DNA of 64,000 nucleotides, from assembly GCA_965637545.1 (NCBI GenBank), contig OZ281500.1, positions 4,588,001 through 4,652,000 on the forward strand, written 5' to 3'. A model generated the notes under the pieces. That model did no database searches and had not been told where the DNA came from. It was given only the letters and a program-made list of their open reading frames with translations. The stretch comes from Phallusia mammillata. Lineage: Eukaryota. Shown piece after piece: positions 35,301 through 48,600 of this stretch (position 1 is its first letter; every line of letters starts with the position of its first letter). Position numbers and translations under genes: made by a program.

Positions 35301-37292
35301 AACAAGATATTGTTACTGCAAAAAATATGAATTTTGTGGCATTTTGACTGTTTAATAAATCTTTATGCATTTCTATTCCTTCTAAGTTGTGTACTTTTTT
35401 AAGCCAGGTTTTTATTTTATTTCACTGCTAAGTAGTAAGTGGGTTGCTAAAATGTTTACAGAATTAAGAAAGGTTGACTTGAGCATTTGGCCTAGTTAGT
35501 GGGACCTAATCTGATGCTGTATTTGTGTTTAAACACAAGGTACATGACCTTTGATGCAAAATGTAGCCAAATCATTGTGCCTCAAAACGCGATATGCAAT
35601 CTCATACCCAGAGGTGTAGGAAGCACCACAAATAACAGCCTAAATTAGCCGCGAAACATACCAAGGAAATACCGCAATCTTTTTCTGGCGTTCTGTATAC
35701 TTTTACCAGTAAGCGGTCGCGAAAAAGACCAGGCCTTCCATCTTGTCAAGCCCTCAGGCGTGGCCGACACGCACCAACAACAAGCACAGTGCAACTTCTT
35801 AACATTCCAGGGCGTCTTTGCGAGACGCCAAAACGCGTTCCGTGCCACTTGCGCCTTGCAGGAATCGGTAACACAGTGCTATAGGAAAGTGATATGCTCG
35901 TTTTACTTTCACATAGCATTGGGATACAGATTTTCTGCTCAATCGACTAACCAATGGAAAAACAATTTCTGATAACGAAATCGCGTGTATTGAATGCAGC
36001 AGCTGTTATTGCAGATTCAGCACAAAATCTGTAGTTTTAGAAATTGTCGCACATTTCAAGGCCTGTAGTTTAGTTGAATGGAGCCTAGTCCGTCTTTGGA
36101 CATGTGATATCACAGTGGTTGTATACTGCCTGTTTAAATAACGCAACAGACAGTATCACTACAGTGGCGCCACTTGTCTAACTATCGAACACCGCATAAA
36201 AAAGTTTAAACAATGTTAAGGCTTGAAGGTAGCAAACCTCAAAACGCAGTGAGCTGTGAAAAGCTACTTATTCAAAGAATGCGAAAAGTAGGTTTTTAAC
36301 TCGTTCGAGTTAAGTGATGAAGCGCGTCGTGTCTGGTGCGTTTCCTTGCATTCATTTCCTTATGCGTTTGTTTCCAGATTAATACACAAGCCCAGTGGAC
36401 GAAGTTACCACACTGAATTCAACCCACCACAGAAACCTATGACTGATGATGTACGTTCTGTTGCGATTTATGACAAAAAGAATATTAACTTGCGTTTTAC
36501 TGTTCACTGGTGGCTGCAATGTTGTTTAAAATTTCGACTTGCAATTTGACCTAGTACTCAAAACTGTTTTTTTTACGAACTTGCGTCTACGAACATGCCC
36601 AACAATACCTATTGGCAAGGGTTTGGGAAAATGGGCAAAAAAGTATAGCAAAACCGCCTTGTAATTTCCGCTATGTTTTCACTATAAAATGTAATCGGCC
36701 AACTTTTGGGCCATACGAACTTAGCCATGTAATACATCATATTACGTTTATACGCTAAAATTCTTGTTATCAAAAGATTGGTAAATATTGGACTACTTAG
36801 TCAGAACCAGGTGATCTATGAACCCTATTTGAAACAATAAAATTATTTTATTACCAAAAAAACAAACCCTATTTTACAGGTCACAGGCGAACCCCTCATC
36901 CGACGATCGGATGACAACGAAACAGCGTTGAAAACTCGTCTGGAAGCCTACCACAAAATGACATCTCCACTGGTAGATTACTATTCCAAGAAAGGCATCC
37001 ATTCGTCGATTAATGCTGCCCAATCTCCCAACATTGTGTACAAGGACTTATGTGACACGTTTATGAAGTGCCGTAAGTTTGGAAGTGATTTTTTTTGCTT
37101 TGAATCAAAATTTTGTAACGTTTTTGCTCCGTTCTTTGTTAATGTTAGGTTTTATGTTACAACGCATGTGTTTTATGCCAAAGGTCATATAGTTACCAAT
37201 GTAAAAAATATACTTTCTCTAGAGTTTTCTGGTCAACATTTTAGGGAAGTTTTTTTTACCGTTTAATAAATATTGTCTTTTTTGCAGTTTGA
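32324..37292 (+). CDS. AK2: Adenylate kinase 2 (mitochondrial intermembrane space), ~230 aa
   Basis: Exons 32324-32413, 32832-32936, 34467-34598 (AAG acceptor), 35106-35200, 36378-36450, 36880-37072, 37288-37292; 693 nt. P-loop [32 protein letters not shown] region [19 protein letters not shown]. Confidence 0.96.
33005..33488. mobile_element. hAT/Buster-type MITE, 484 bp, AK2 intron 2
   Basis: TIRs cagtggttcccaac / gttgggaaccaccg; TSD atttaatt / atttagtt (1 mismatch). Confidence 0.85.
33632..33999. mobile_element. Tc2/pogo-type MITE, 368 bp, AK2 intron 2
   Basis: 26-bp TIR ccgtattttacggaccataaggcgca (2 mismatches to the right end); TA TSD; internal gtgcgccttat subterminal repeats. Confidence 0.9.
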
Positions 37293-37792
37293 TTCCTGGT
37301 GTTCGTTCGTCAACATTCCAATTTCAAACTGCGGTGAAGTCTTTTGTAGCAATGCCTTTAATCAGTATATTGTCTGTGTCAATGTTGGTCTGTTTTTTCG
37401 TGTGTATGTGGTTATGAGGCGCAGTAAAATGCAATATATATTTGTGTTGACCAAGTTGAGTACTGTATTAAAACCTAAGCAATATACCGAAGTCTGGATC
37501 TGGCGAATTTGTATTCCGACTTGATCAACGATTTTTACGCAGAACAGTTTGTTGCGATTCGTATGAAACTGAATCTTTTCGACCTCATCTTTTAACCCCA
37601 TAACGTGTATTTTTTGCCTAGTTACGTACCGCGTAACGTTTTTGAAACCGCGCTAAACATAGCATCGCGTCAAATAGTATAATTTTTAGAGCATTATCAG
37701 CGATGTATTTTATACACACCAGTCCTCTGGCAGTTATGTTTTATTTAACGCATAATCGTTTAATCATTTTGCACACAGCTGTTATGCTATAG

Positions 37793-38285
37793 CAGGGGTG
37801 GCCTACTTGTTAGACGTCAGGATCGACAAAAAATTTCTCAATTGTAGGCGATTGACTAGTAATTTAGGCTTCCACTAACATAAAGCAATAACGCATATTT
37901 CATGAAATTTGATTGGCAGTTACCACATATTTATAGTCACGAGTTTTAGTTCATACAACAACAAAACGTCATATATGTACATATTTTTCATCAAAGTAGT
38001 CAGAGGGAACTTTTAAATCTCCCCAATCACTTGCAACTGCTTCGTAAACACCCAAGTTGTGACGACAAACATTGTAGTTGTCACGACATAATGTGGTGTC
38101 AAAATAACAATTGCACGCAACAAAGGAAGTTACATTTACGTAATTGTTGTCTCAGTGCATATTTGTGCGTCGTGTCAGAAGTGCTGTTTTATATTTTTTA
38201 TTTGTTTTTAATAAGCTTTTGATTAGTAGTAGAGAATTTAGTGCGATCGACCAGTCGATCGCGATCGACGTGTTGGCCACCCCTG
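37793..38285. mobile_element. hAT MITE, 493 bp
   Basis: TIRs caggggtggcc / ggccacccctg; perfect TSD tgctatag. Confidence 0.92.
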
Positions 38286-38531
38286 TGCTATAGTAACACC
38301 ACAGTTTGACTACAAAACTTACGTTATCTTATTAAAAGTTTAGCGTACGACTAACCATACGATTCGGTCGAATTTATTCGCAAAACTGCAGAATGCACTG
38401 TTTCAGAACATAATTAAGCCGATTCGATAAATCGCAACTACAGCCGTGTTTAACATTTTTGATGAACAGTGAGGTTTAATTTCAAGTACGTTGTTACCAA
38501 TTCGTAATACAGTTTGCGATTGTCTCTAGCC

Positions 38532-38748
38532 CAGTGGTTCTCAAACTCGGTTTTCGGGGCCGCATGCGGCTCCCAACTACTTATTTTGCGGCTCGCACCA
38601 GACTTTAGAAAACCACCAAACATTGCTATTTTAGCTTTCAAAGTAATAATCTTTAGTGATTTTCTTAAGGTTTCGTTTTTTTGCGGCTCCCTTCACATTT
38701 AAAAAAATACCATTTGGCCCCGACAATAAAAAAGTTTGAGAACCACTG
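38532..38748. mobile_element. hAT/Buster-type MITE, 217 bp
   Basis: TIRs cagtggttctcaaact / agtttgagaaccactg (perfect); perfect TSD ctctagcc. Confidence 0.95.
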
Positions 38749-40219
38749 CTCTAGCCTATCAATTTAGAAGACTTTTTGAAAACAGCACTTTCATCTATCA
38801 TCACCTGAAACCTTGCCTAATGCTGTTGCGTATTTGGTACATTTTAAACGGGGCGTGGTGAAAGCGGATTTGCAACTTTACAAACCGATTACATGCCCTA
38901 AAAAGTTTCGACTTGCAGACATTTAGATGCAATTAAAACAAGAAAAATATGGAAAACGCTTTTCTTTGAGCATTTGATTTCGTCCGATATTGCAGAACAT
39001 TGTATGATAGGTTGATTTTTTTCTATCTTGCAATCACCATGCAGTATTCTACTTAACCTTGTCGCGTATAACTATGTGTGATTTGCTGTGACTTTCAAAC
39101 TCTCTTCAGGGTGACCTCGTTAACAAATTTACTGGTAAGCTAAAAACCAATTTTACTATTATTTACAAAGGAAGAAGATGTTGTAGTGAAATTGAGATAG
39201 GGAAACCAAAACTTACTATGTAGGTTTTGGTTTATAAAACTGATTGAAAAAGACGTTTTTCTAAACCATCTGTATGATAAAACTCCACATAAATTATACT
39301 GATTTGAGTAAAAGTAGAAAAGCAAACAAAGGGACAAATAGGCAATTTTTATCGTTCTCGGCTGACAAGCTACTTTAAATTAAACAAATGAATTGACGAA
39401 ATATGGTAGATGTATTTTGGACACCCCATCGCTTTACATTCCTTACTTTTTTTGAGAAAAATATAAATAAACTTAATCTAAAAAACTGCTAGGTGGCGTG
39501 TTAGAGTCTGTGACGAAATCAAATGAAAATCCTTTCCTTGTTTCCAAGCAATGTCGAGTTGTCTTGTCAGGCTGCTTTGCCTTGAGGAAATCGTTTGGAG
39601 AGTCCCTTGAGGGTGTGCCTTATGTCGGGGAATAATTTATCGCTCTTTTCACAGGGTTTTAGCGTGCAATTTCTTATTCTTGATATTATTTTTTGCTTGG
39701 TCCTGGGGCAAGAACGGGATTAACATCTTCCACAAATGTTTGTCTCGCAATCAGTGGTAAGTAATTTGAAAAAAAAAAATTGAAAAAAATGTTTTCAAAC
39801 TAAAGTTATCAGCAGTCAGCACACTGTACTGTTAAATCTAACTTCGAAAAAACTCAGTTTAACAAACGCTGTAGCGCTTTGTTAGAGGGGAAATAAGGTT
39901 TCTCTCATTTTTTGAGAACTTATTAAAAGTTGGTGTTAACACTGTCATTATGGGTTTAATTATAGGGTTTACATATAGTCTAAATTAAATTCAGTGAGTA
40001 TTTTTTCATATACACAGATTATATGCCAGATTTGTTTTGTTTTAGTTCAACGTTTCAAGAGTTGTATTGCTGCTCCCACGATCACTGCAGTGTTCATCTG
40101 TTTTCTTCTCACTTTGCGAGGCTCAACACAATCCCTAAAGTGCTTTGACTATATATTTATATGCAAGTAAGTTATGTTACCATTGTATTACGTGGAGACT
40201 TTGACCAACTTGCTATAGT

Positions 40220-40397
40220 CAGTGGCGGGATTCAAATTTATTGTCCGCCGGTCCTATCACAAAAGTAATGTCTGAGCCGGTTCTGTTACAAAGAGTCCAT
40301 TAACAGTAACCAGTAATGCTAAATGGTTCGCTGATCTTATAAAATTTCATGTGACGACTCTATAGAATCAGTGTGAACCGGCTGAATTCCACCACTG
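40220..40397. mobile_element. hAT MITE, 178 bp
   Basis: TIRs cagtggcgggattca / tgaattccaccactg; perfect TSD gctatagt. Confidence 0.9.
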
Positions 40398-42471
40398 GCT
40401 ATAGTTGTGTTCACTGACTAAAAATTCCATGAAAGTCTTTCATAGAGCCAAAACTGTTTCTGTCTGTATGTTGGTTAACCTGTGTCTTAACTTGCCACTA
40501 TACCACTGTAAGACCCCTATACTTTTACAAAGTAATTGCTCTTTTGCAATATAAGTTATTACCACACTTGCTAGATTTTGCACAGTCTGTCATCACAATG
40601 TCTTGTAATCCAAATGATGTTCTATTCCATTTTTCCCAAAGCTCTGTAGGTATGCCCAGCATGTTGACATAAAAGCAGTATGCAAACCCTACTGACATTG
40701 ACTGAATGATTACATAAGGATAAATTCTCTTAATCCTTTTCTTTAGGCTTGTGTGATTGATTAGAAATAGCTGCATCTGATAGGCGAATGCACACAACTA
40801 ATAGGTGTACGCTTGAAGGACAAAGCCACATTGACACCTAAGAAGTGCACAAGCAAAACAAACAATGTTGTGACATTGTATTAGCTGAGTTAATGTAAAA
40901 ATGGTTGTGTGTGGGGTGCTGTGCAGGCCAGTGAATGTTAGACACTACTTTAATTGTCCCTATCCAAGCTGTGTATAAGATGTGTTATGGAAAGGTTTAG
41001 TTGTTCATCTGAACTGTAAGACAGAGTCGTCTTAATGTCATATTTTATTGTGGTACTATTTTTTCGTGTTTAGGCATATTGTGCTTGTAGTGCTATAGGC
41101 AGAAACATATATATAGTTATACTTTGTACACCTTTAACTTATTACTGAATTGCAATGCTTTGTGATATGGATAATCTGTTTTTGAAAAGGATTTAGATGC
41201 CAGTAAGTGTTGTAGGGTTTCATTAAACCTTTCAGTTTTCAAAGCTTCCTTTCAGTACATTTACCTACTTTTTTTTCATATTCATAACATACAGATGATT
41301 CTCGTTAAAAGCAACTCAGATTTGCATTGCCCTTTTCTGAATGCAATATATATATTACATGTTGTCAACCGAAATACTTTAAATCCTTCAGTTTTCGTTG
41401 TCACGACAAATACAAAAACATAAGTCCTTTATTATTGACCAAATTAGCAATTTAATATATTACTAGTGTGCGCAAATGACATTGTAAAATTAATATGGCC
41501 AAAATCAGCAATTTTTTGCTCATTGTTTAATTGAAGTTCCTTTGTATTAACCCTTAGCCAAAATGAATTTGACCACTTCAAAATAGAAAGTTGGGTTTTG
41601 GATTACCATGCCATTAAGTCAAACTGTTTTGTTTATTGTTGAGTTTAAACTTACAAACCTGGTGACAATTTGTAACATGAATAAATATGCAATCTTCTTA
41701 AGGTTTTCCGATGGGGTGAGGTTCTACCATTTTCTGTATTAGCGAGTTGTCGAAAAAGTCGTGGTACAACTCCTACACTTAATCGCCCAACGGCTTTTAC
41801 TACCTCATCCCAATTTGCACTGCATTTTCTTTTCCGTGAACCTTATCAGTTGGAGGTTGATTTTTGAGTAAAACAGTGTCGACTGTATTGCATTCTTGGT
41901 AAGTACAGCGCTTAGTTTTGTGCTGAATAGCAAGTTTCGTTATCAGATTTTGATTAAATAAGCTATTGTTGCCAGGCATAATGTATAAACTAGTATTGCT
42001 CTTCCAGCAGTTTTATGATAAATAGACGCCCCATACAAGACACCTTCATCAGGATATCTTGCAAGTCAAATTTATTATTTTCCAACGACAAATTGCAACC
42101 AACCACACACAAAACAATGATAACAAGATCGTATTTTGACGTTAGATTTATGATTGAGCTTGATGGCCAGCAGTGCATATTTTGAGATGATAAAATCCCT
42201 ATAAATGGTTTCCTAGTTATTAATGGTTATAAACTGTGATTGTAGTTGTTTAGGGTTTTTAATGGTTAAAATGTATATATTGGTATTTTGAACTATTATG
42301 TTTTTTAAGCTTGTGTCTTTTGTTCAAAATCCAGAATCTTTACTTACTTTAAAACAAAATGCCATAGAGTTTGTATATGGGCATGTATATGCATAGCGAA
42401 TATATACATTTGCAGTTCAGATGCTTTAACAATTCTTGTTATCATCAGTGCATACCATATTCACTTTCAAC

Positions 42472-42510
42472 ATGTCTACATACTGGCTCTGTGGCTTTGT
42501 TATTGATTAA
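42472..42510 (+). promoter_or_regulatory. Candidate upstream ORF (MSTYWLCGFVID*) in the PTP4A leader
   Basis: ATG at 42472 with A at -3, stop TAA ending at 42510. It is the last ATG before the main ATG at 42678. Being exonic depends on use of the 42416 acceptor. Confidence 0.45.
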
Positions 42511-42677
42511 GCTGTATTCAAGCCTGAGTTCAATTTGGGTCCTAAAAATTTTATTCTTTTGAACAGTAAGTTTCAATACGAAGCTTACAAGCTTGAATAA
42601 CTCACTGGAGGTCGCAGATCCTCTTGAAGATATCCCTTTGGTCCAGTGTAAAGCTGTTGATCACTGTTGCATCTTAA

Positions 42678-45600
42678 ATGGCCCGAATGAATCGCCCAGC
42701 CCCTGTTGAGCTGCAGCACAAGGGGATGAGGTTTCTCATCACCCACAACCCAACAAATGCCACTATGGAGCGCTTTGTCGAGGTGAGTTAATCTTATTAC
42801 AGTAAACCTGGGATTTTCTTTACCCTTTTTCACTGTCATTTAGTTTTTTGTACATTTTGGTCAAGAAATAGTGGTCTAAACATATTCCAATTTGTACTCA
42901 GTAAGGATAGGTGTCTGAAGTGAAATTGCATCTGTCAGTTAACCTATTGGCCCCTAAAGCATGACTGTAATTTATATCATGGCAACACCAAATGCGAATA
43001 AAAAGTAAAATCTGTATCAAAGTTGAGGTCAGAGACGGAAATAGAAAAAAAAACTCTTCTGTCTGACATTACAAACAACATTGTATAAATGATTAAGTGC
43101 TCCGTGCTAATCATGAATCATAAAATACAGCACCAAAAACCAAAAAAGAAAATGACAAGTCGTAATATAAACACCAAGCATTTATTTGGTCTTGCTTGAA
43201 TGTTAAAACAAGGTTATGTTTGCAATGATATGCAACAACAAGTCCCTAGCAAGATTTACAAATGTATTTATTCTCCATGCTGCTGGCTGTGGCCATTAGC
43301 AGATTTTTTTTAATTGCCTGTCAATTACAAATGAAAAATTGCCGAAATTGGGTTTACAAATGATTCGTTTTGTGATTGAACAGAAATGCATGATAAAATG
43401 ATCAGAATGCCAATCTGTTAAGATAAGAACTGAAACATGTCAAAAATTCACAATGCTATCATTTAGTATGTATGCGGAATGCTTGAAGGGTTTAGTATTC
43501 CAGGTATTCTAGTGGCAATAAACTTCTGTCCTTGCCATATATGGCATTTGCCGGTCATTTAAGCCACTCAGTAGGAGGCCCGATCTGTGTGCTTACAGCT
43601 CTAGTAAACAAGCTTTGTGGCCAGACGTCCTTAACTATTTTTGTGAATGACTCATGAGTTGGACTGGTTATTCTGAATGTGTGTCCTTGGATACAGCAAT
43701 AAACAACCTTTGATGATGGTTGATGTACTGTGTAACACTGTGCAACGGTATTGTAACATATTTGTTGGTATGTCAAGTTTTTGGAATTAAACACAATCAT
43801 TAATGTGTACATAAATGGTGTTTGTCTGTGGGAATATGAAGGGTTTTAAAATTACCATGCCTGAAATTAAAGTTTTTAAACTTACTATTTTTGGCTTTCC
43901 ACATTTGTGATAAAATAAGAACATAATCCAGCCTTTATTGCACTAAATCTTTGTCCCCTAAAAACATTAACCGTATTCAACTTTGGTTGGAAAAAACAAA
44001 CAATGGTTTCCCCCTATAATGAATTTTGAATGGTTTCTGAATTTTGCTAAAAGTTGAAACACCTAATTTACTGGCCACCATGACACCAAACTGTGTGTCA
44101 AGTCCAAGTTTAGGTTAACCAAAGCCATACTTAACAGATAAGAGGCATGCCATGTCACCCACTACTTCCGTCTCTTCAAATTCAAAGCCACCAGCTTTGG
44201 CCTTTGGTATGCACAGTATGCCAGACTGTTTACCAAGTCAATGGCATGTACGTGTGCAACTTTTCTCAAATGTTTAATGTTTACATTTGTAACCACACTC
44301 TGTGCCCATACATGCCACCTGCTCTGGGGTGTTCATTTTACAGGTTTTTGGTTAAAATTTAACTCAGGTCCCCAACAGTTTTAGATTTGGTCCAATTTTA
44401 CATCAGTTCTAGAGGGCGATTTGTGAGTGGGTTTCTACAATAACAACAGCAGTTTCTGCCTGTCAACTAGCATGAGGTCATTGCCTACAATATTGATTCA
44501 GTTCCAATTGCTACGGTGACTGTTATTACAACATCCGTAGGCCTTTGGGAATTAGACCGGAAAGCCCCGTTGTGGAAGGCTTGTTATGGGACAACTCTAT
44601 ACCTCTTACCACACAAAACTAGGCACAGTGTAGGAACATATTATGGTGTGGATATTCTCATGGTATATACTATAGTGGGACGATAGGGTGGCTTTAGTGC
44701 TGTAAACAAGGTTGTTGCGCAAGAGCGTGCAAACCGAACACGCCAGTTTTGAAACCAGTTCTAGCCAGTTTGTGCGGCAGTTTGTACTGTTTGCTCCGCT
44801 GTGGACTTTTAACAATGCCACTTGCGTTAGTTACTGGTACCCAAAAATGGATGGCTTTGCCACATTTAAGTCATTTTAGACTGTCAGTTTTTGTCCATAG
44901 TATGCCTTACGCATTTTAGTTTCTTTTACGCATTTTAGTTTTACTGAACTGCTGGTTGTTAAGGCGAACGAAAAAACTCTAATTTGAATTATGGTGTCGT
45001 GTTTGTGCGCTTTGGGGCACTTACATCGATTTGACGTTTTATTTAAACTATTTATGGGTACATAATGTCAAATTACGTCAATTGGGTTAAAATGATGAAA
45101 CGCATCACAATGCTTGCGTTGTTTTAAGTCAATTGAATAGCTGAAGCCAAATGTATAATAAAAGTAATGGAAATTATCTGAATTGAACATTCACATCAAT
45201 TTTTTCCACAACCATGCTTCAAAACAACTAACTGATTAAATATGACGGCAATTGCAGCGGCCATATGTTTGTTTATCGATTAGGAAACACTTCTTTTTCA
45301 AATTAGCCTAGCGCGTTGTTTTACATTTCAATCTCATGCAACAGACTGAATCACCACATACGTATCCCAAAGATGCAACCAGTGTGAAATTAAAACCATT
45401 GCGAAACTGTCGGCAATCACTGACTACTCGACACGTGACATTTTATGTTCGAAACCGTGTCAGTCGCCGATAAAGAAAGTTGTAATGTTGTCCCGTGTTG
45501 TGTTGATCCAGCGTGTCGCAATCTGAGGGGATTCCCCGTGTCAACTGTGTCCCTTCAGTGGTGGTTTTTGTCCATCTGCACAGTGACGTTTTACGGAGCT

Positions 45601-48600
45601 ATCTTGTACTGTTTAAAAACTTTTTTGTGACTGGTGTATTGCTCAACTCTTAATGGGCCATTCAAGGCAAGTGTGGGTGTAATTGATTAATTAATTAATC
45701 TTTGTGTGGAAAGTTTCGGTTTGGGTGTTTATGTTTAAGCCATTAAAACGGTTATAATTACCTCAGCAAAGTTTGATTTTATTCACGGGCATCCAATGTT
45801 TTACAACAGTAAGTCACGCTGTTTAACTTTCTAAACTGTCGGGGTCACCTTTGAGGGAAATCGCCACATTGTAACGGTTTTGACGTGGCTGTAATGTACA
45901 AATTCCAACTGTTACACTTATGGTTGTATCATTCACCCAACAAACCTAACCCATTTTTGTCAGGAAGTCAAGTCAAGTCTTTTCAAACAGCGCATCCAAG
46001 TACCCAAAACATTGTGACAAAATCATTTTAAGTCTTAATGTGCCATGATATGTTGATCTATCACTTGAACTACGTTTGTTGGCGTTTTCTACGAATCTTA
46101 TAATGAAGGATTACATTTAATAAATCATACTGGTTATATACACAGCTAAAATAATTATCAAACTCTTTTTTTCACTTTAGGTGCTATATTTTAGCTGTGT
46201 GATCGTTTAAAAAAGCATGACTCTAACCAAGTTGTCAGTTGGGCCGGGCTTTTCGGGGCGCGTTCGGGCTTGGTTTCTTAAAAAAAGAGACTTCACACAC
46301 TGTGTCTTTTTTTTTGAATAAATTTAACGAGCTAAGTAGCCGGTTGCTGGGCCTGACCTAATGTCTAACATTCCCAAAACGCCTTGTTCAAGACCAATTG
46401 CCTATTGTGTTTGTTGTCTTGGTCTTTCCGGAGTCTTCAATGTATAGGCCTTCCGATCAAACTTTCGGGCCTAAACGGGCTTCTCAAAAACGATTCTGGT
46501 TCAGGCTCCAATTTCAGACCTATTTACAACCCTGACTCGAACTGCTATACACTCTTTACTTCAGTTACGGGATGTTTCACACTGATTCAGGTTTTTATTA
46601 ACACAAAAAAGTTGATAGCGTGTCACGGCCGTCCGCTATCGAATCTTAAGAAAACAGGGCCAATGTGGAAATGTTTTCAAGCGACATTTTTTGTGTTCAC
46701 AGATCCTAATCCAATACGGCGCAGACACTGTTGTTCGGGTTTGCGAATCAACCTACGACAAGGAACCGCTTGCTGCTAAAGGCATCCAAGTTATCGTAAG
46801 TCTTACGTGTGATTTGTGTTGTTTGGTGGTGGTTCAAAGGAATTTCGTTAGGGAGCATGATTACATAACTCTTAGTGTTTCTATGCCGTTTATAACTTCG
46901 AATACTTGGTTCAGGTGTGCTCAACTAAAGGTAAATTTACCCCAAAAGGATCTGACTTGTTATAGAGGTGAATAGCTATAGCCCTTATAGCTATAAGTGG
47001 GCAAAATAATTTGTGGAATTAATGAGTGTTAAAGAAACTTAAGCGTATTTTTGATCTGCGATATCGTCTACGACAGTGGTTCCCAAACTGTGGGTCATGG
47101 CCCAGTAGTGGGCCACCAAGACATTTTCAATGGGCCACAGAGCCATTTGAATAGATTCTACTGTTTTGTAATACTGTAGATGTTATGCGCTTTGTTTTGA
47201 AAAACGTAATTTTTGCAAAGAATTCTGAATCTTGTAGCCAAATTTCAGGAGCATGTATCTCATTAAAAATAAATTGCTGGATAATTTCGCCTGTTTTTGA
47301 GTTATTTTTTTGTTGGTGCCCAAATTTACAGCACGTGGTGGGCCACGAATCGCTATTAAATAGACATTTGGGCCACAGACCAAAAAAGTTTGGGAACCCC
47401 TGGTCTACGACGATGCATTTAGGCTTGGATACAGTTGACGCTGTATTTTTTCCTGTTGGTGGTACTAAAATGCCCTTATAGTAATACAATAAACCACCAT
47501 TATTTTGCATTTTTTGCTGTGCGTTAAGACTGGGTTCAGTTCCTAGATATAAAATGTTTTTTATCCGTGGTTGACTGTACCCGCGAAGACCTACTGCGAG
47601 TGCAAAATTGTGTAGTGAAACGTGGTAAATCTGAAACATGAAAATTTATTACCAGCCTTCAACGCCTCGAGCATGGTCATTGTAAGTCACCTTAATTTGC
47701 GAAGAACGTTGTAACGCAATATATTACCCATCATGTATTGAGTCCATGTCATGTATGTGGGTGCCAAGAGATTCGTTTTGGTGTTTTGTTTGGCCCTTGT
47801 AAGCCGTTTAATGCTTTAATTGCTGCCGCAAAATTCTATTTTAGGTAAGACAGATAAGCTTCGTTTGTGGGTTCGAATCCCACTACACGTTAGATTTTTG
47901 CGCCTATCTGCAAAAATTGTATGAAAAGCCGATTTTAGTTTATTTAACGGCATTTGCAGATTTGGTGACTAAACATATCAATTTACAATTTATTTTGCAA
48001 TCACATTGCTTTTAGGCACCAAAAACGCATATGGTAGTTATTGTGAATATAGTGAAATACTTGTTTTAAAAAGACATAGTTTGATACAATTTTTTGTTTG
48101 TTTGAGATTCCCTAGTCTAACTTACCTTAATCGTCTACTTTATTAAATCTTAAAACAAAATCATATGACTTGTGATAGCCCGTTCTTTGTTTTGTCGCTG
48201 TCTGTAATTGGCGACTTTGATCATCAACGTTGAATGCGTTTGGCACCAGATAAATCGACAGGGGGGTTATTTGACCCGTCGACGGGCTTTTAACTCTCGA
48301 TTCCCGGTGGGATTTTTTAGTGTGTTGCGTCTTCTTGTTAAAAGTCCACTTAGTTTGCCTGCTAACTTCGATTTTACTGATGTGCTTGTAAATTGTGAGA
48401 CGCATTTACTGCTTGTGCTACGTTAGGGTCGATAAATGGTATGTGGTTTGGTAAACATGGTCATGTGGTTATTAGCCGATTTATGTTTTGTCACCATTAC
48501 AGTGTTGCCGGTTTATATGACCAAAACATCATAAAATTTCGTCTGTAGCTAAATATCGTTAGTACCTAAACAAAGCTTCGATACCAATAGGGGCAAAAAC

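Larger units (their letters stand above)
39650..42677 (+). other. Probable multi-exon 5' leader of PTP4A
   Basis: Strong donors after 39756, 40166 and 41898 (all |gtaagt) and acceptors before 40018, 41703 and 42416 (or 42567). These segments have no PTP-related coding frame. The start coordinate is approximate. Confidence 0.5.

Noticed and set aside
36928-37266. Extended hydrophobic AK2 C-terminus (ORF track)
   Set aside because: It reads through a consensus gtaagt donor into T-rich intron sequence. A good acceptor follows at 37287.
43400-44900. Minus-strand ORFs 43555-43812 and 44606-44821 in PTP4A intron 1
   Set aside because: They are short, with no motifs and no compatible splice sites.
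47127-47639. Longest ORF in the track (170 aa, minus strand), plus related ORFs 27073-27276, 47183-47383 and 47185-47481
   Set aside because: They run through the duplicated MITE, show no recognisable domain and have no splice context.
47867-47883. tRNA gene suggested by a perfect T-arm (gtggg-ttcgaat-cccac)
   Set aside because: No D-arm/A-box, anticodon arm or acceptor stem can be built. At most it is a SINE B-box remnant; a similar weak remnant lies at ~53505-53545.
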